64,000 nt of DNA from an uncultured Clostridia bacterium (GTDB taxonomy: Bacteria; Bacillota; Clostridia; Monoglobales; Monoglobaceae): assembly GCA_947589045.1 (NCBI GenBank), contig CANQBQ010000002.1, positions 76,915-140,914 of the forward strand, written 5' to 3'. The position numbers and the translations under genes are program-made. Under the pieces are notes generated by a model that saw nothing but the letters and a program-made list of their open reading frames with translations, was not told the DNA's origin and ran no database searches. This document shows, piece by piece, positions 9,035-18,660 of the stretch; positions within the stretch are counted from its first letter, which is position 1, and each line of letters begins with the position of its first letter.

Positions 9035-11551
9035 ATGGAACAGTACACAGTCAGCGGAATGAGCTGTGCGGCGTGCAGTGCGAGAATTGAAAAAGCGGTT
9101 TCAAAGGTCAACGGCGTGACCGAATGTTCGGTAAGTCTGCTTACCAACTCAATGGCGGTTGAGGGAACCGCGTCCGAGCGGGACATAATCGCGGCTGTGG
9201 AAGCGGCGGGCTATAAGGCCCAGAAAAAGGGTTCGCGTTCCGCCGCGGCGGACAGTACCGAGGATAGCGACCCGCTCGCGGACAACACGACGCCTCAGCT
9301 TAAACGCCGCCTTGTGGCATCGTTGGTACTTCTGGCGGTGCTTATGTATTTTTCGATGGGCGCTATGATGTGGAACTTCCCCGTGCCGCCGTTTTTTGTC
9401 GGAAATCACGTTGCTATGGGTCTTTTACAGCTTTTGCTGACCATAGCGGTTATGATTATAAATAAACGCTTTTTTGTGAGCGGCTTTAAAAGCCTTATTC
9501 ACCGCGCGCCGAATATGGATGCTCTTGTGGCTCTCGGTGCGGGTGCGGCGTTTGTTTACAGCACATATGCGCTTTTTGCTATGACCGGCGCACAGGCGGC
9601 TGGAGATGCGGAAGCGGTTATGAACTATATGCACGAGCTTTACTTTGAGTCTGCGGCGACAATACTCACGCTTATCACAGTCGGAAAAATGCTCGAATCC
9701 CGTTCAAAGGGAAAGACCACCGACGCGCTCAAGGGTCTTATGAAGCTCGCGCCGAAGACCGCGACGGTTGTAAGAGACGGCGCGGAGGTAGAAATCCCCG
9801 TCGGAGACGTTTCAAAGGGAGATATATTTGTCGCGCGTCCCGGAAGCAATATCCCGGTTGACGGAATAATAATCGAGGGCGGAAGCGCGATAAACGAGTC
9901 GGCACTGACCGGAGAGAGCATACCCGTGGATAAGACGATCGGAGACGAAGTATATACGGGTACCGTAAACAGGTCGGGATTTATAAAATGCAGGGCTTCA
10001 AAGGTCGGAGAGGACACCGCGCTCGCGCAGATAATTCGTATGGTGAGCGATGCGGCGGCTTCAAAGGCTCCTATTGCAAAGGTAGCGGATAAGGTCTCGG
10101 GAGTTTTTGTGCCTGTGGTTATTTGTCTTGCCGCTCTCTCCATTCTTATATGGCTGATTGCGGGATACGGTGTGGGCTTTGCGCTCGCGAGAGGAATTTC
10201 GGTTTTGGTTATAAGCTGCCCGTGCGCGCTCGGTTTGGCGACGCCCGTCGCAATTATGGTGGGAAGCGGTATCGGTGCGAAAAACGGCATACTGTTTAAG
10301 ACCGCCGTATCACTCGAAGAAGCGGGACGTATCAGGACGGTTGCGCTTGACAAGACGGGAACAATCACGAGCGGACAGCCGAAGGTGACCGACATAATCG
10401 CGTTCGGCGGAGTAAGCGAACGAGAGCTTATGAAAACGGCTTACTCTCTCGAAAAAAAGAGCGAGCACCCGCTGGCAAAGGCGATACTTGAAAAGGCTGA
10501 CGAAATGGGGCTTGACTTTGACGAGGTCTCGGACTTTGAAATACTGCCCGGAAACGGACTTACGGCTATGCGCGGCGGTGAAAGAATATCGGGAGGAAAT
10601 CTCAAATTTATAAGCGGACGCGCCGATGTCGGAGCTGAAATAAAATCCGAGGCGGACAGACTGGCGGCGGACGGAAAGACGCCCTTGTTTTTCAGTAATG
10701 ACGACGGTATTATGGGAATTATCGCCGTTGCGGACACGATAAAGGAGGACAGCCCGCAAGCCATACGCGAGCTTCGCAATATGGGGATACGCGTGGTTAT
10801 GCTCACGGGCGATAACGAACGAACCGCGAACGCGATAGGAGCGCAGGCGGGCGTCGACGAGGTTATCGCGGGAGTAATGCCCGACGGAAAAGAGAGCGTT
10901 ATAAAAGAACTTAAAAAGTCGGGCAAGACGGCTATGGTCGGCGACGGAATAAACGACGCTCCCGCGCTTACGAGAGCGGATATGGGAATAGCTATCGGAG
11001 CGGGAACAGACGTGGCGATAGACGCGGCGGACGTGGTTCTTATGAACAGCAAGCTTACGGACGTTTCGGCGGCTGTAAGGCTGAGCCGCGCGACACTCAG
11101 AAATATTTACGAAAATCTTTTTTGGGCGTTTATTTACAACATAATAGGAATACCTATCGCGGCGGGCGCGCTTATAGTGCCGTTTGGCTTAAGGCTTAAC
11201 CCGATGATCGCGGCGGCGGCAATGAGCCTGTCGAGCTTTTGCGTCGTGACGAATGCGCTGAGACTTAATATGGTTAACATAAGAAGCGCAAAAAGGGACA
11301 GAAAAATTAAAGGCGGCAAAGCCGTAAAAATAAGAGAGGAGAATAAAAAGGTGGAAAAGACAATAAAAATCGAAGGTATGATGTGCGGGCACTGCGAGGC
11401 GAGAGTAAAGCAGAGCCTTGAAGCTCTCCCGCAGGTTGACTCGGCAGCTGTGAGCCACGAGAGCGGAACGGCGGTACTCACTTTAAACGCCGATGTATCC
11501 GACGACGTTTTGAAGCAGACGGTGGAAAAAGAGGGCTACAAAGTAGTTTAA
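9035..11551 (+). CDS. copA: copper-translocating P1B-type ATPase with N- and C-terminal heavy-metal-associated domains
   Basis: 838 aa. It has an N-terminal HMA (GMSCAACSARIEKAV), the CPC transmembrane motif (SCPCALGLATP), DKTGTIT, GDGINDAPAL, and a second complete HMA at the C-terminus (GMMCGHCEARVKQSL). Confidence 0.95.
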   Translation: MEQYTVSGMSCAACSARIEKAVSKVNGVTECSVSLLTNSMAVEGTASERDIIAAVEAAGYKAQKKGSRSAAADSTEDSDPLADNTTPQLKRRLVASLVLLAVLMYFSMGAMMWNFPVPPFFVGNHVAMGLLQLLLTIAVMIINKRFFVSGFKSLIHRAPNMDALVALGAGAAFVYSTYALFAMTGAQAAGDAEAVMNYMHELYFESAATILTLITVGKMLESRSKGKTTDALKGLMKLAPKTATVVRDGAEVEIPVGDVSKGDIFVARPGSNIPVDGIIIEGGSAINESALTGESIPVDKTIGDEVYTGTVNRSGFIKCRASKVGEDTALAQIIRMVSDAAASKAPIAKVADKVSGVFVPVVICLAALSILIWLIAGYGVGFALARGISVLVISCPCALGLATPVAIMVGSGIGAKNGILFKTAVSLEEAGRIRTVALDKTGTITSGQPKVTDIIAFGGVSERELMKTAYSLEKKSEHPLAKAILEKADEMGLDFDEVSDFEILPGNGLTAMRGGERISGGNLKFISGRADVGAEIKSEADRLAADGKTPLFFSNDDGIMGIIAVADTIKEDSPQAIRELRNMGIRVVMLTGDNERTANAIGAQAGVDEVIAGVMPDGKESVIKELKKSGKTAMVGDGINDAPALTRADMGIAIGAGTDVAIDAADVVLMNSKLTDVSAAVRLSRATLRNIYENLFWAFIYNIIGIPIAAGALIVPFGLRLNPMIAAAAMSLSSFCVVTNALRLNMVNIRSAKRDRKIKGGKAVKIREENKKVEKTIKIEGMMCGHCEARVKQSLEALPQVDSAAVSHESGTAVLTLNADVSDDVLKQTVEKEGYKVV

Positions 11552-11566
11552 AGCGGCTATTTAAAT

Positions 11567-11600
11567 AAAACGCAAATCCTTTTGGATTTGCGTTTTATTT
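11567..11600 (+). terminator. intrinsic terminator after copA
   Basis: 13-bp stem AAAACGCAAATCC (11567-11579) / GGATTTGCGTTTT (11584-11596) with loop TTTT and a T-rich tail. Confidence 0.85.
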
Positions 11601-11602
11601 AA

Positions 11603-11631
11603 TTGACAATGAGCTTTTGATGTGGTAAAAT
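11603..11631 (+). promoter_or_regulatory. sigma-A promoter (extended -10) for the dehydrogenase-ABC-araBD operon
   Basis: TTGACA (11603-11608), 17 nt, TGgTAAAAT (11623-11631). Confidence 0.6.
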
Positions 11632-11648
11632 TTAGTAGGTGAATTTTT

Positions 11649-12749
11649 ATGAATAATTATACTATGCTTCTCCCGAATTATTCTATAGGGGAGGACTGTT
11701 ATGATAAAATACCCGAATATTGTGAAAAATACGGTACAAAGGCGGTCGTTATAGGCGGTGAACGCGCTATGGCGGCGGCGAAGCCGTATCTTACCGCCGC
11801 GCTTGCGGACAGCAAAATCTCAATAACCGATTTTATACACTACGGCGGCGAGGCGAGCTATGAGAATGTGGATATGCTTATGAAGCGCGAGGCGGTAAAG
11901 TCGGCGGATATGCTTTTCGCGGTAGGCGGCGGCAAGGCCACCGATACCTGCAAGTGTCTCGGCGACAAGACGGGGCTTCCCGTCTTCACATTTCCGACGA
12001 TAGCATCAAACTGTTCCTGCTGTACGAGCGTGTCTATAATGTACCACGCGGACGGGACGTTTGCCGAGCCGTATTTCTTTCTTCAGCCGCCGGTTCACGC
12101 GTTTATAAACACGAAAATAATGTGCGAAGCTCCGTACAAGTATTTGTGGGCGGGTATGGGCGACACCTACGCAAAATTTTATGAGTGCACCATTTCGGCG
12201 AGAGGCGAACGCCTTGAGCATTACACGGGCTTTGGAGTTAATATGAGCGGAATGTGCGTTGACCCGATTTTGATGTATGGGAAAAAGGCTCTCGAGGATA
12301 ACAAGAGAGGTATCTGCTCCCACGAGTTTAAAGAGACTGTTCTGGCTATTGCGGCTGTGACCGCGCTCGTTTCGATATATCTTACGCGCGACCACACGCC
12401 CGATTATAACAGCGGTTTGGCTCACGCAATTTTTTACACGCTGACCTCGGTTAAAAACATCGAGGAAAATCATCTGCACGGCGAGGTCGTGGCTTTCGGG
12501 GTGCTGATATGCCTTCTTGTTGACGGTCAGCGCGATGAGTTTGAGAAGATATATAAATTTAACAAGAGCGTTGGTCTGCCGACCTCTCTTGAGGATATTG
12601 AGATAAGCCGAGAGCAGATGGACGCGCTTATTCCGAATATTCCCAATATGTCGGACGTGCGTCACAATCCGTATATCGTCACCGAGAAGATGCTCAGGCG
12701 AGCTTTTGACGAACTTGACGCATATAACAAAAATTATGAAATCAATTAA
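11649..12749 (+). CDS. glycerol-dehydrogenase-family (iron-containing ADH superfamily) polyol dehydrogenase
   Basis: 366 aa. It aligns by eye to GldA: GGGKATDTCK, PTIASNCSCCTSVSIMY, GMGDTY, LAHAI, HGEVVAFG. The Asp and two His metal-ligand positions are conserved. Confidence 0.85.
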   Translation: MNNYTMLLPNYSIGEDCYDKIPEYCEKYGTKAVVIGGERAMAAAKPYLTAALADSKISITDFIHYGGEASYENVDMLMKREAVKSADMLFAVGGGKATDTCKCLGDKTGLPVFTFPTIASNCSCCTSVSIMYHADGTFAEPYFFLQPPVHAFINTKIMCEAPYKYLWAGMGDTYAKFYECTISARGERLEHYTGFGVNMSGMCVDPILMYGKKALEDNKRGICSHEFKETVLAIAAVTALVSIYLTRDHTPDYNSGLAHAIFYTLTSVKNIEENHLHGEVVAFGVLICLLVDGQRDEFEKIYKFNKSVGLPTSLEDIEISREQMDALIPNIPNMSDVRHNPYIVTEKMLRRAFDELDAYNKNYEIN

Positions 12750-12792
12750 AATTTTAATATTTAATAACTTATATAAGAAAGGTTGATGAAAT

Positions 12793-13806
12793 TTGAAAAT
12801 CAAGAAAATCTTAAAGGCAGTTTCGGCGTTTGCACTTTGCGCCGCGCTCATCGGTGCGGCTGCGGGCTGCGGCAGCGATACGCAGAGCGGCACGACGGGA
12901 GAGAACACTCAGGATAAGGTTAAAGTGGGAATTATCCTGCAAATTGAGAACGGCGCGTTCACGGATATGAGAGACGGCTTTATAGAGGGTCTGCGCGAGG
13001 CGGGTTACACCGAGGATAAGTGCGAGATAGACTATAAATGCGCTCAGGGCGATATGTCCAATCTCAACACCATCGTTCAGGATATGATAAGCAGCGGCAA
13101 GGACCTTGTTGCAACGGTTGCAACGCCCGCGTCACAGGCGTTTGTAAGCGCGGAGTCGGGTATTCCGAACATATTTATTTCGGTCAGCAACCCTGTCGGA
13201 GCGGGAATTATCAGCGATATGAACAAGCCCGACAAAAATTCGACGGGAACCTCAAACGCGGTGCCGGTTGAGGATATTCTGGGACTTGGCGAAAAGCTCA
13301 CTCCCGACATTCAGACATACGGACTTTTGTACTGCACCAACGAGATAAACTCTGTTACGACCTGCAACAACGCGAAAGAGTATCTTGACAGCAAGGGTAT
13401 AAAGTACGTTGAGGCGGTTGTTACAAACTCCTCCGAGGTACAGCAGGCGGCTCAGGCGCTTGCGGGTAGCGTTGACGCTATTTTCGTTCCCAACGACAGC
13501 GTTATCCAGAACGCTATGCCGCAGGTTGCGGGAATTGCGCGTGACGCTAAGATACCCGTTTACGGTTCGTCGGCTACTATGGTTGATTCGGGCGCGTTTG
13601 CTACCGTTGCCATAAGCGACGTTGAGATAGGCAAGATTTCGGCTCAGAAGGCGGTTGAGTATTTAAGCGGCACACCGATCGAGGAAATCCCCGCGGTTGT
13701 TGTTCCCGCTTCGGATATGGTTATAAATCAGACCACGGCGGATGCACTCGGAATTGAGCTGTCCGACGAGGTTAAGAGTAGCGCGAAATTTGTTACCGAC
13801 AAATAA
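12793..13806 (+). CDS. ABC transporter substrate-binding lipoprotein (PF04392 / ABC_sub_bind-like, substrate unknown)
   Basis: Lipobox LIGAAAGCGS. VKVGIILQIENGAFTDMRDGFIEGL...AQGD is typical of this family. TTG start. Confidence 0.85.
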   Translation: MKIKKILKAVSAFALCAALIGAAAGCGSDTQSGTTGENTQDKVKVGIILQIENGAFTDMRDGFIEGLREAGYTEDKCEIDYKCAQGDMSNLNTIVQDMISSGKDLVATVATPASQAFVSAESGIPNIFISVSNPVGAGIISDMNKPDKNSTGTSNAVPVEDILGLGEKLTPDIQTYGLLYCTNEINSVTTCNNAKEYLDSKGIKYVEAVVTNSSEVQQAAQALAGSVDAIFVPNDSVIQNAMPQVAGIARDAKIPVYGSSATMVDSGAFATVAISDVEIGKISAQKAVEYLSGTPIEEIPAVVVPASDMVINQTTADALGIELSDEVKSSAKFVTDK

Positions 13807-13888
13807 ATATTCAAAACTTTGAAAACGGCGTCACAGGATTACCTGTGGCGCGGTTTTCATAATTCTTATGAAAAGAGGATTGATTGAA

Positions 13889-14806
13889 ATGTCGCTTGTT
13901 TTAGGTGCGCTTCAGCTCGGCGTTATGTACGGGCTTTTGGCAATCGGAATATTTATATCGTTCAGAATTTTAAATATTCCCGATTTGACGACCGAGGGCT
14001 CGTTCGGCTTCGGACTGTGCGTGAGCGCAATGATAACGATTGCGGGACACCCGTATCTCGCCGTGCTTGCCGGCTGTCTGGCTGGAGCTTTGGCGGGAAT
14101 TATAACGGGACTCTTGACCACGAAATGCAAGATACACCCCATTTTGGCGGGAATTTTGACTATGACGGGTCTTTATTCCATAAACCTGTTTGTTATGAAG
14201 GGCAGTTCAAACGTAAGCCTTATAAATACGAACACTATTTTTTCGGACATACGCGCCCTGTTGCCTTTTATGTCAAAGGACGTGTCGAGGCTCGCGGTCA
14301 TAATCGTGTTCACAGCCGTAACGGCGGTACTTGTCGCGGTGTTTTTCAAAACACGTTTGGGACTCAGCATACGCGCGGCGGGCGACAACGAAACCATGGT
14401 AAGGGCTTCTTCGATAAACGTAGACCGCGTCAAGGTGGTCTCTCTTGCAGTAAGTAACGCCTGTGTTGCACTCAACGGCGCTGTTTTGGCACAGTATCAG
14501 GACTATGCGGACATAAGTACCGGCTCGGGAATGTTGATTGTCGGTCTTGCGTCGGTCATAATAGGAGAGGCGTTTTTCGGCAGACGCGGAGTTACGGTCG
14601 GAATTATAAGCGCGGTAGTCGGCTCTACGATTTACCGAATTATAATCACCGTTATCACAAAGTATCTGATAACGTCAAGTATGGCTTCGGCGTCATGGCT
14701 GAAGCTGATAAGCGCGATAATAGTGGGAATTGCGCTGTCAATACCCGCCATAAAAGCCGCGATTGCAAAATTCAAGATGAAAAAAGGAGGTCCTTTCGGT
14801 GCTTAA
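13889..14806 (+). CDS. ABC transporter permease (BPD_transp_2-type)
   Basis: Polytopic hydrophobic protein. I prefer ATG 13889 (AGAGGA RBS) over the track start at 13868. Confidence 0.85.
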   Translation: MSLVLGALQLGVMYGLLAIGIFISFRILNIPDLTTEGSFGFGLCVSAMITIAGHPYLAVLAGCLAGALAGIITGLLTTKCKIHPILAGILTMTGLYSINLFVMKGSSNVSLINTNTIFSDIRALLPFMSKDVSRLAVIIVFTAVTAVLVAVFFKTRLGLSIRAAGDNETMVRASSINVDRVKVVSLAVSNACVALNGAVLAQYQDYADISTGSGMLIVGLASVIIGEAFFGRRGVTVGIISAVVGSTIYRIIITVITKYLITSSMASASWLKLISAIIVGIALSIPAIKAAIAKFKMKKGGPFGA

Positions 14807-15617
14807 ACTCGAATCAGTTTCAAAAACCTTTTCAAAGGATACGCCGAACGAGCATAAGGCGCTCGACAACGTATCGCTTACGGTGGGCGACGGCGAGTTC
14901 GTTACTGTCGTAGGCTCCAACGGCGCCGGAAAATCCACCTTATTCAACGCGATATGCGGCTCGTTTACGGTTGACACTGGCGCGATTATGCTCGACAACA
15001 AGGACATAACCTATCTGCCTGATTTTAAGCGCGCGAGAGTTATCGGGCGCGTGTTTCAAGACCCTATGAAGGGTACGGCTCCAAATCTTACCATTGAGGA
15101 AAATCTGGCTCTTGCGTATTCGGGCGGAAGCCGACGAATGCTTGGGTTTGCGGTCAACTCCTCGGCTGTCGAAAAGTTCAGAACCGAGCTTGAAAAGTTC
15201 GGAATGGGGCTTGAGGACAGAATGAAAACCAAGGTGGGGCTGCTTTCGGGCGGTCAGAGACAGGCGGTGACGCTTTTGATGTGTACCGTTGTGCCTCCAA
15301 AGCTGCTTCTTTTGGATGAGCACACGGCGGCTCTCGACCCTGCTATGTCGGATAAAATTATGGATATAACCAAGGATATTGTAAAACGCAATAACCTCAC
15401 TACGATTATGATAACTCACAACCTCAACTTTGCTATGAGGACGGGCAACCGCACAATTATGATGGACAGCGGAAGAATTATTCTCGATATTTCGGGCGAG
15501 GAGCGCGAGAAAATGTCGCTCAGCGAGCTGCTTGAGCTGTATTCGCAAAGAAGCGACAAAGTGTTTGACAACGACAGAATGTTGCTCACAAAAAGAATTC
15601 AAGGAACGGAAAACTAA
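14799..15617 (+). CDS. ABC transporter ATP-binding protein
   Basis: Walker A GSNGAGKST, signature LSGGQRQ, Walker B LLLLDEHTAALD. The GTG start overlaps the permease stop by 8 nt. Confidence 0.9.
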   Translation: MLKLESVSKTFSKDTPNEHKALDNVSLTVGDGEFVTVVGSNGAGKSTLFNAICGSFTVDTGAIMLDNKDITYLPDFKRARVIGRVFQDPMKGTAPNLTIEENLALAYSGGSRRMLGFAVNSSAVEKFRTELEKFGMGLEDRMKTKVGLLSGGQRQAVTLLMCTVVPPKLLLLDEHTAALDPAMSDKIMDITKDIVKRNNLTTIMITHNLNFAMRTGNRTIMMDSGRIILDISGEEREKMSLSELLELYSQRSDKVFDNDRMLLTKRIQGTEN

Positions 15618-15641
15618 ATTTTATATAAGGGCGTGATTTGA

Positions 15642-17300
15642 TTGAAAAAATATTCGTTGGGAATTGACTACGGTTCTCTGTCGGGACGAGCCGTGCTCGT
15701 GGATTTGGAGACTGGCGAGGAGGTAGCCTCGAGCATATTTGAGTACCCTCATGCGGTTATGAGCGATACTCTCCCGAGCGGCAAAAAGCTCGAGAACGCT
15801 TTTGCACTTCAGCATCCGCAGGACTATATCGACGTTTTGAAAAATACCGTTCCCGCAGTTATTTCGGAGGCGGGCGTGGAGCCGTCGCAGGTAGTGGGTA
15901 TGGGAATTGACTTTACAGCCTGTACGATGCTTCCGATACTTTCGGATGGGACTCCGCTTTGTATGACCGACAATTTTTCGGATGAGCCGCACGCATATGT
16001 AAAGCTGTGGAAGCACCACGCGGCGCAGGAGCAGGCGGACAGAATAAACGCTCTCGCCGAAAAGACAAATCAGAAATGGCTGAGCCGTTACGGAGGAAAA
16101 ATTTCGTCCGAGTGGATGTTTGCCAAAATTCTCGAAACCGCCGAGAAAGCGCCCGATGTATATGACAGCACCGAGCGTTTTATCGAGGCGGGCGACTGGA
16201 TAGTTATGGTTCTGACGGGAAACGAGACGCACAACTCCTGTATGGCGGGCTACAAGGCTATCTGGCACAAGAGAGACGGTTATCCCGACAATGAATTTTT
16301 CGGCGTGCTCAATCCTAAAATGAAGGACATTATCGGCACGAAAATTTCGGAAAACGTACTTCCGATGGGCGCTAAGGCGGGCGTTATAAGCAAGCGCGGC
16401 GCGGAGCTTACCGGTCTTTGCGAGGGTACGGCGGTCGCGGTTTCAAATGTTGACGCGCACGTTGCACTTCCCGCGTGCGGTATAACTTCAAGCGGAAAAA
16501 TGCTTATGATAATGGGTACGTCAACCTGTCATATACTTATGGGTGATGATGAGGTCAATGTCCCAGGAATATGCGGCGTGGTTGAGGACGGCGTTTTGCC
16601 CGGTCTGTTCGGATATGAGGCGGGGCAGTCCTGCGTGGGCGACCATTTTGAATGGTTCGTCAAGAACTGCGTCAGCCGGGAATATATGGAGAACGCCGAA
16701 AAGCAGGGGGTAAATATACATAAATATCTGCGTGAGAAGGCGAAAAAGCTCAAGGTCGGCGAGAGCGGACTTGTCGCGCTTGACTGGTGGAACGGAAACA
16801 GGAGCATACTCGTTGATGTTGACTTGAGCGGTGTTATTTTGGGTATGACGCTCTCGACAAAGCCGGAGGAGATTTACCGTGCGCTGTTGGAGGCGACCGC
16901 CTACGGCACGAGAGTGATTATCGACAACTTTGAGGAAAACGGAGTTAAAATATCCGAACTTTACGCGGCGGGAGGAATTGCGGAAAAGGATGAGCTTATG
17001 ATGCAGATTTACGCCGACGTAACAAACCGAGAGATACGTATTTCGGCGTCGCCTCAGGCGCCCGCTCTCGGCAGCGCGATTTTCGGAGCGGTGGCTTCGG
17101 GATATTTTGAGACCGCGGCGGATGCGGCAGCGGTTATGGGCAAGATAAAGGACACGGTTTACAGACCTATCCCCGAAAATGTTGCGGCTTATGACAGGCT
17201 GTTTAAGGAGTACAAGATATTGCACGACTATTTCGGCAGAGGAAGTAACGACGTTATGAAAAGGCTTAAAGCCATAAAGGAGGAAGCGGCAAATGCTTGA
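15642..17300 (+). CDS. araB: ribulokinase (FGGY family)
   Basis: 552 aa. [14 protein letters not shown]...[12 protein letters not shown]...[11 protein letters not shown]...[11 protein letters not shown]...[10 protein letters not shown] closely parallels Bacillus-type AraB. Confidence 0.92.
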   Translation: MKKYSLGIDYGSLSGRAVLVDLETGEEVASSIFEYPHAVMSDTLPSGKKLENAFALQHPQDYIDVLKNTVPAVISEAGVEPSQVVGMGIDFTACTMLPILSDGTPLCMTDNFSDEPHAYVKLWKHHAAQEQADRINALAEKTNQKWLSRYGGKISSEWMFAKILETAEKAPDVYDSTERFIEAGDWIVMVLTGNETHNSCMAGYKAIWHKRDGYPDNEFFGVLNPKMKDIIGTKISENVLPMGAKAGVISKRGAELTGLCEGTAVAVSNVDAHVALPACGITSSGKMLMIMGTSTCHILMGDDEVNVPGICGVVEDGVLPGLFGYEAGQSCVGDHFEWFVKNCVSREYMENAEKQGVNIHKYLREKAKKLKVGESGLVALDWWNGNRSILVDVDLSGVILGMTLSTKPEEIYRALLEATAYGTRVIIDNFEENGVKISELYAAGGIAEKDELMMQIYADVTNREIRISASPQAPALGSAIFGAVASGYFETAADAAAVMGKIKDTVYRPIPENVAAYDRLFKEYKILHDYFGRGSNDVMKRLKAIKEEAANA

Positions 17301-17991
17301 AGATTTAAAAAAAGAGGTTTGCGAGGCTAATTTGCTGCTGCCTAAATACGGACTTGTAACTTTTACATGGGGCAACGTTTCGGCAGTCGACCGCGAGCGC
17401 GGAGTTATCGTCATAAAGCCGTCCGGAGTGGAGTATGACGAGCTTACCCCCGATATGATGGTGGTTGCGGATTTTGACGGAAATATCGTAGAAGGCGACT
17501 TGAACCCGTCGAGCGATACTCCGACGCACATTGAGCTTTATAAGAGCTTTAAGAATATCGGCGGAGTCGTGCATACCCATTCGACCAACGCGGTCTCGTT
17601 CGCGCAGGCGAAGCGGAGCATAACGATATACGGAACTACCCACGCCGACTACTTTTTCGGCGATATCCCGTGTACGCGTCCGCTCACGCGTGAGGAAATT
17701 GAGAGCGATTATGAGAAGAACACGGGAGTTGTGATTGCAAATACATTTGAAAATATCGACCCCGAGGCTATGCCCGCGGTGCTTGTGGCAAACCACGGTC
17801 CGTTTGCGTGGGGCAAGGACGCGCGCGACGCGGTGCATAACGCGGTGGTTTTGGAGCAGGTCGCGCTGATGGCTATGCAGACCGAAATGCTCAATCCGAA
17901 TATAACGTCGGTAAGCGATTATATTAAGGATAAGCACTATTACCGCAAGCACGGCGAGAATGCGTACTACGGTCAAAAAAACAGGAAATAA
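17293..17991 (+). CDS. araD: L-ribulose-5-phosphate 4-epimerase
   Basis: 232 aa class II aldolase fold. [29 protein letters not shown]...[18 protein letters not shown]...HTHS is typical of AraD. Overlaps the araB stop by 8 nt. Confidence 0.92.
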   Translation: MLEDLKKEVCEANLLLPKYGLVTFTWGNVSAVDRERGVIVIKPSGVEYDELTPDMMVVADFDGNIVEGDLNPSSDTPTHIELYKSFKNIGGVVHTHSTNAVSFAQAKRSITIYGTTHADYFFGDIPCTRPLTREEIESDYEKNTGVVIANTFENIDPEAMPAVLVANHGPFAWGKDARDAVHNAVVLEQVALMAMQTEMLNPNITSVSDYIKDKHYYRKHGENAYYGQKNRK

Positions 17992-18003
17992 AGGAGCATT
18001 TTT

Positions 18004-18597
18004 ATGACAGAGAAAGAAAAAGCGGCGGCGGGATATTTATATAACGCAAATTATGACAGGGAGCTTCTCTCGGATATAAGCAAGTGCAATGATTTGTGTT
18101 ACGAATTTAATAAGATAAAGCCCTCCGACCGAAAAACACAGAGCGAAATGCTCAAAAAAATATTTAAGTCAATGGGCAAAGAGGTATATGTGAACGCTCC
18201 GTTTTGGTGCGACTACGGATATAACACCACGGTCGGCGATTACCTTTTCGTCAACCATAACTGCTATATTCTCGACGGCGGTAAGGTCACTTTCGGCGAC
18301 CACGTTTTTGTGGGTCCTGACTGTGTGTTCACAACGGCGGAACACGCGCTCGACGTACAGCAGAGAAACGAGGGCTTGGAGGTTGCGTTGCCTATTGTCA
18401 TAGGCAACAATGTTTGGATAGCCTCGAACGTGACTGTGCTTGGCGGCGTAACGATAGGCGACAATACCGTGATAGGCGCGGGAAGCATCGTTACAAAGGA
18501 TATTCCGCCAAATGTTATAGCGGTGGGAAATCCGTGCAGAGTATTGCGGGAAATTACCGAGGAGGACAAAAACCGCTATCCGATATATCGGCAGTAA
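18004..18597 (+). CDS. sugar O-acetyltransferase (maltose/galactoside acetyltransferase family, hexapeptide repeats)
   Basis: 197 aa. The N-terminal MTEKEKAAAGYLYNANYDRELL (Mac domain) is followed by left-handed beta-helix hexapeptide repeats and GNPCRVLREI. Confidence 0.85.
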   Translation: MTEKEKAAAGYLYNANYDRELLSDISKCNDLCYEFNKIKPSDRKTQSEMLKKIFKSMGKEVYVNAPFWCDYGYNTTVGDYLFVNHNCYILDGGKVTFGDHVFVGPDCVFTTAEHALDVQQRNEGLEVALPIVIGNNVWIASNVTVLGGVTIGDNTVIGAGSIVTKDIPPNVIAVGNPCRVLREITEEDKNRYPIYRQ

Positions 18598-18608
18598 AGC
18601 GAATATAT

Positions 18609-18646
18609 AAAGCAAAGAGCGCATCTTTCGGTGCGCTCTTTGCTTT
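18609..18646. terminator. strong bidirectional intrinsic terminator between the araBD operon and the GLUG-protein gene
   Basis: 15-bp perfect stem AAAGCAAAGAGCGCA (18609-18623) / TGCGCTCTTTGCTTT (18632-18646). Confidence 0.85.
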
Positions 18647-18660
18647 ATGTTTTTATATCA

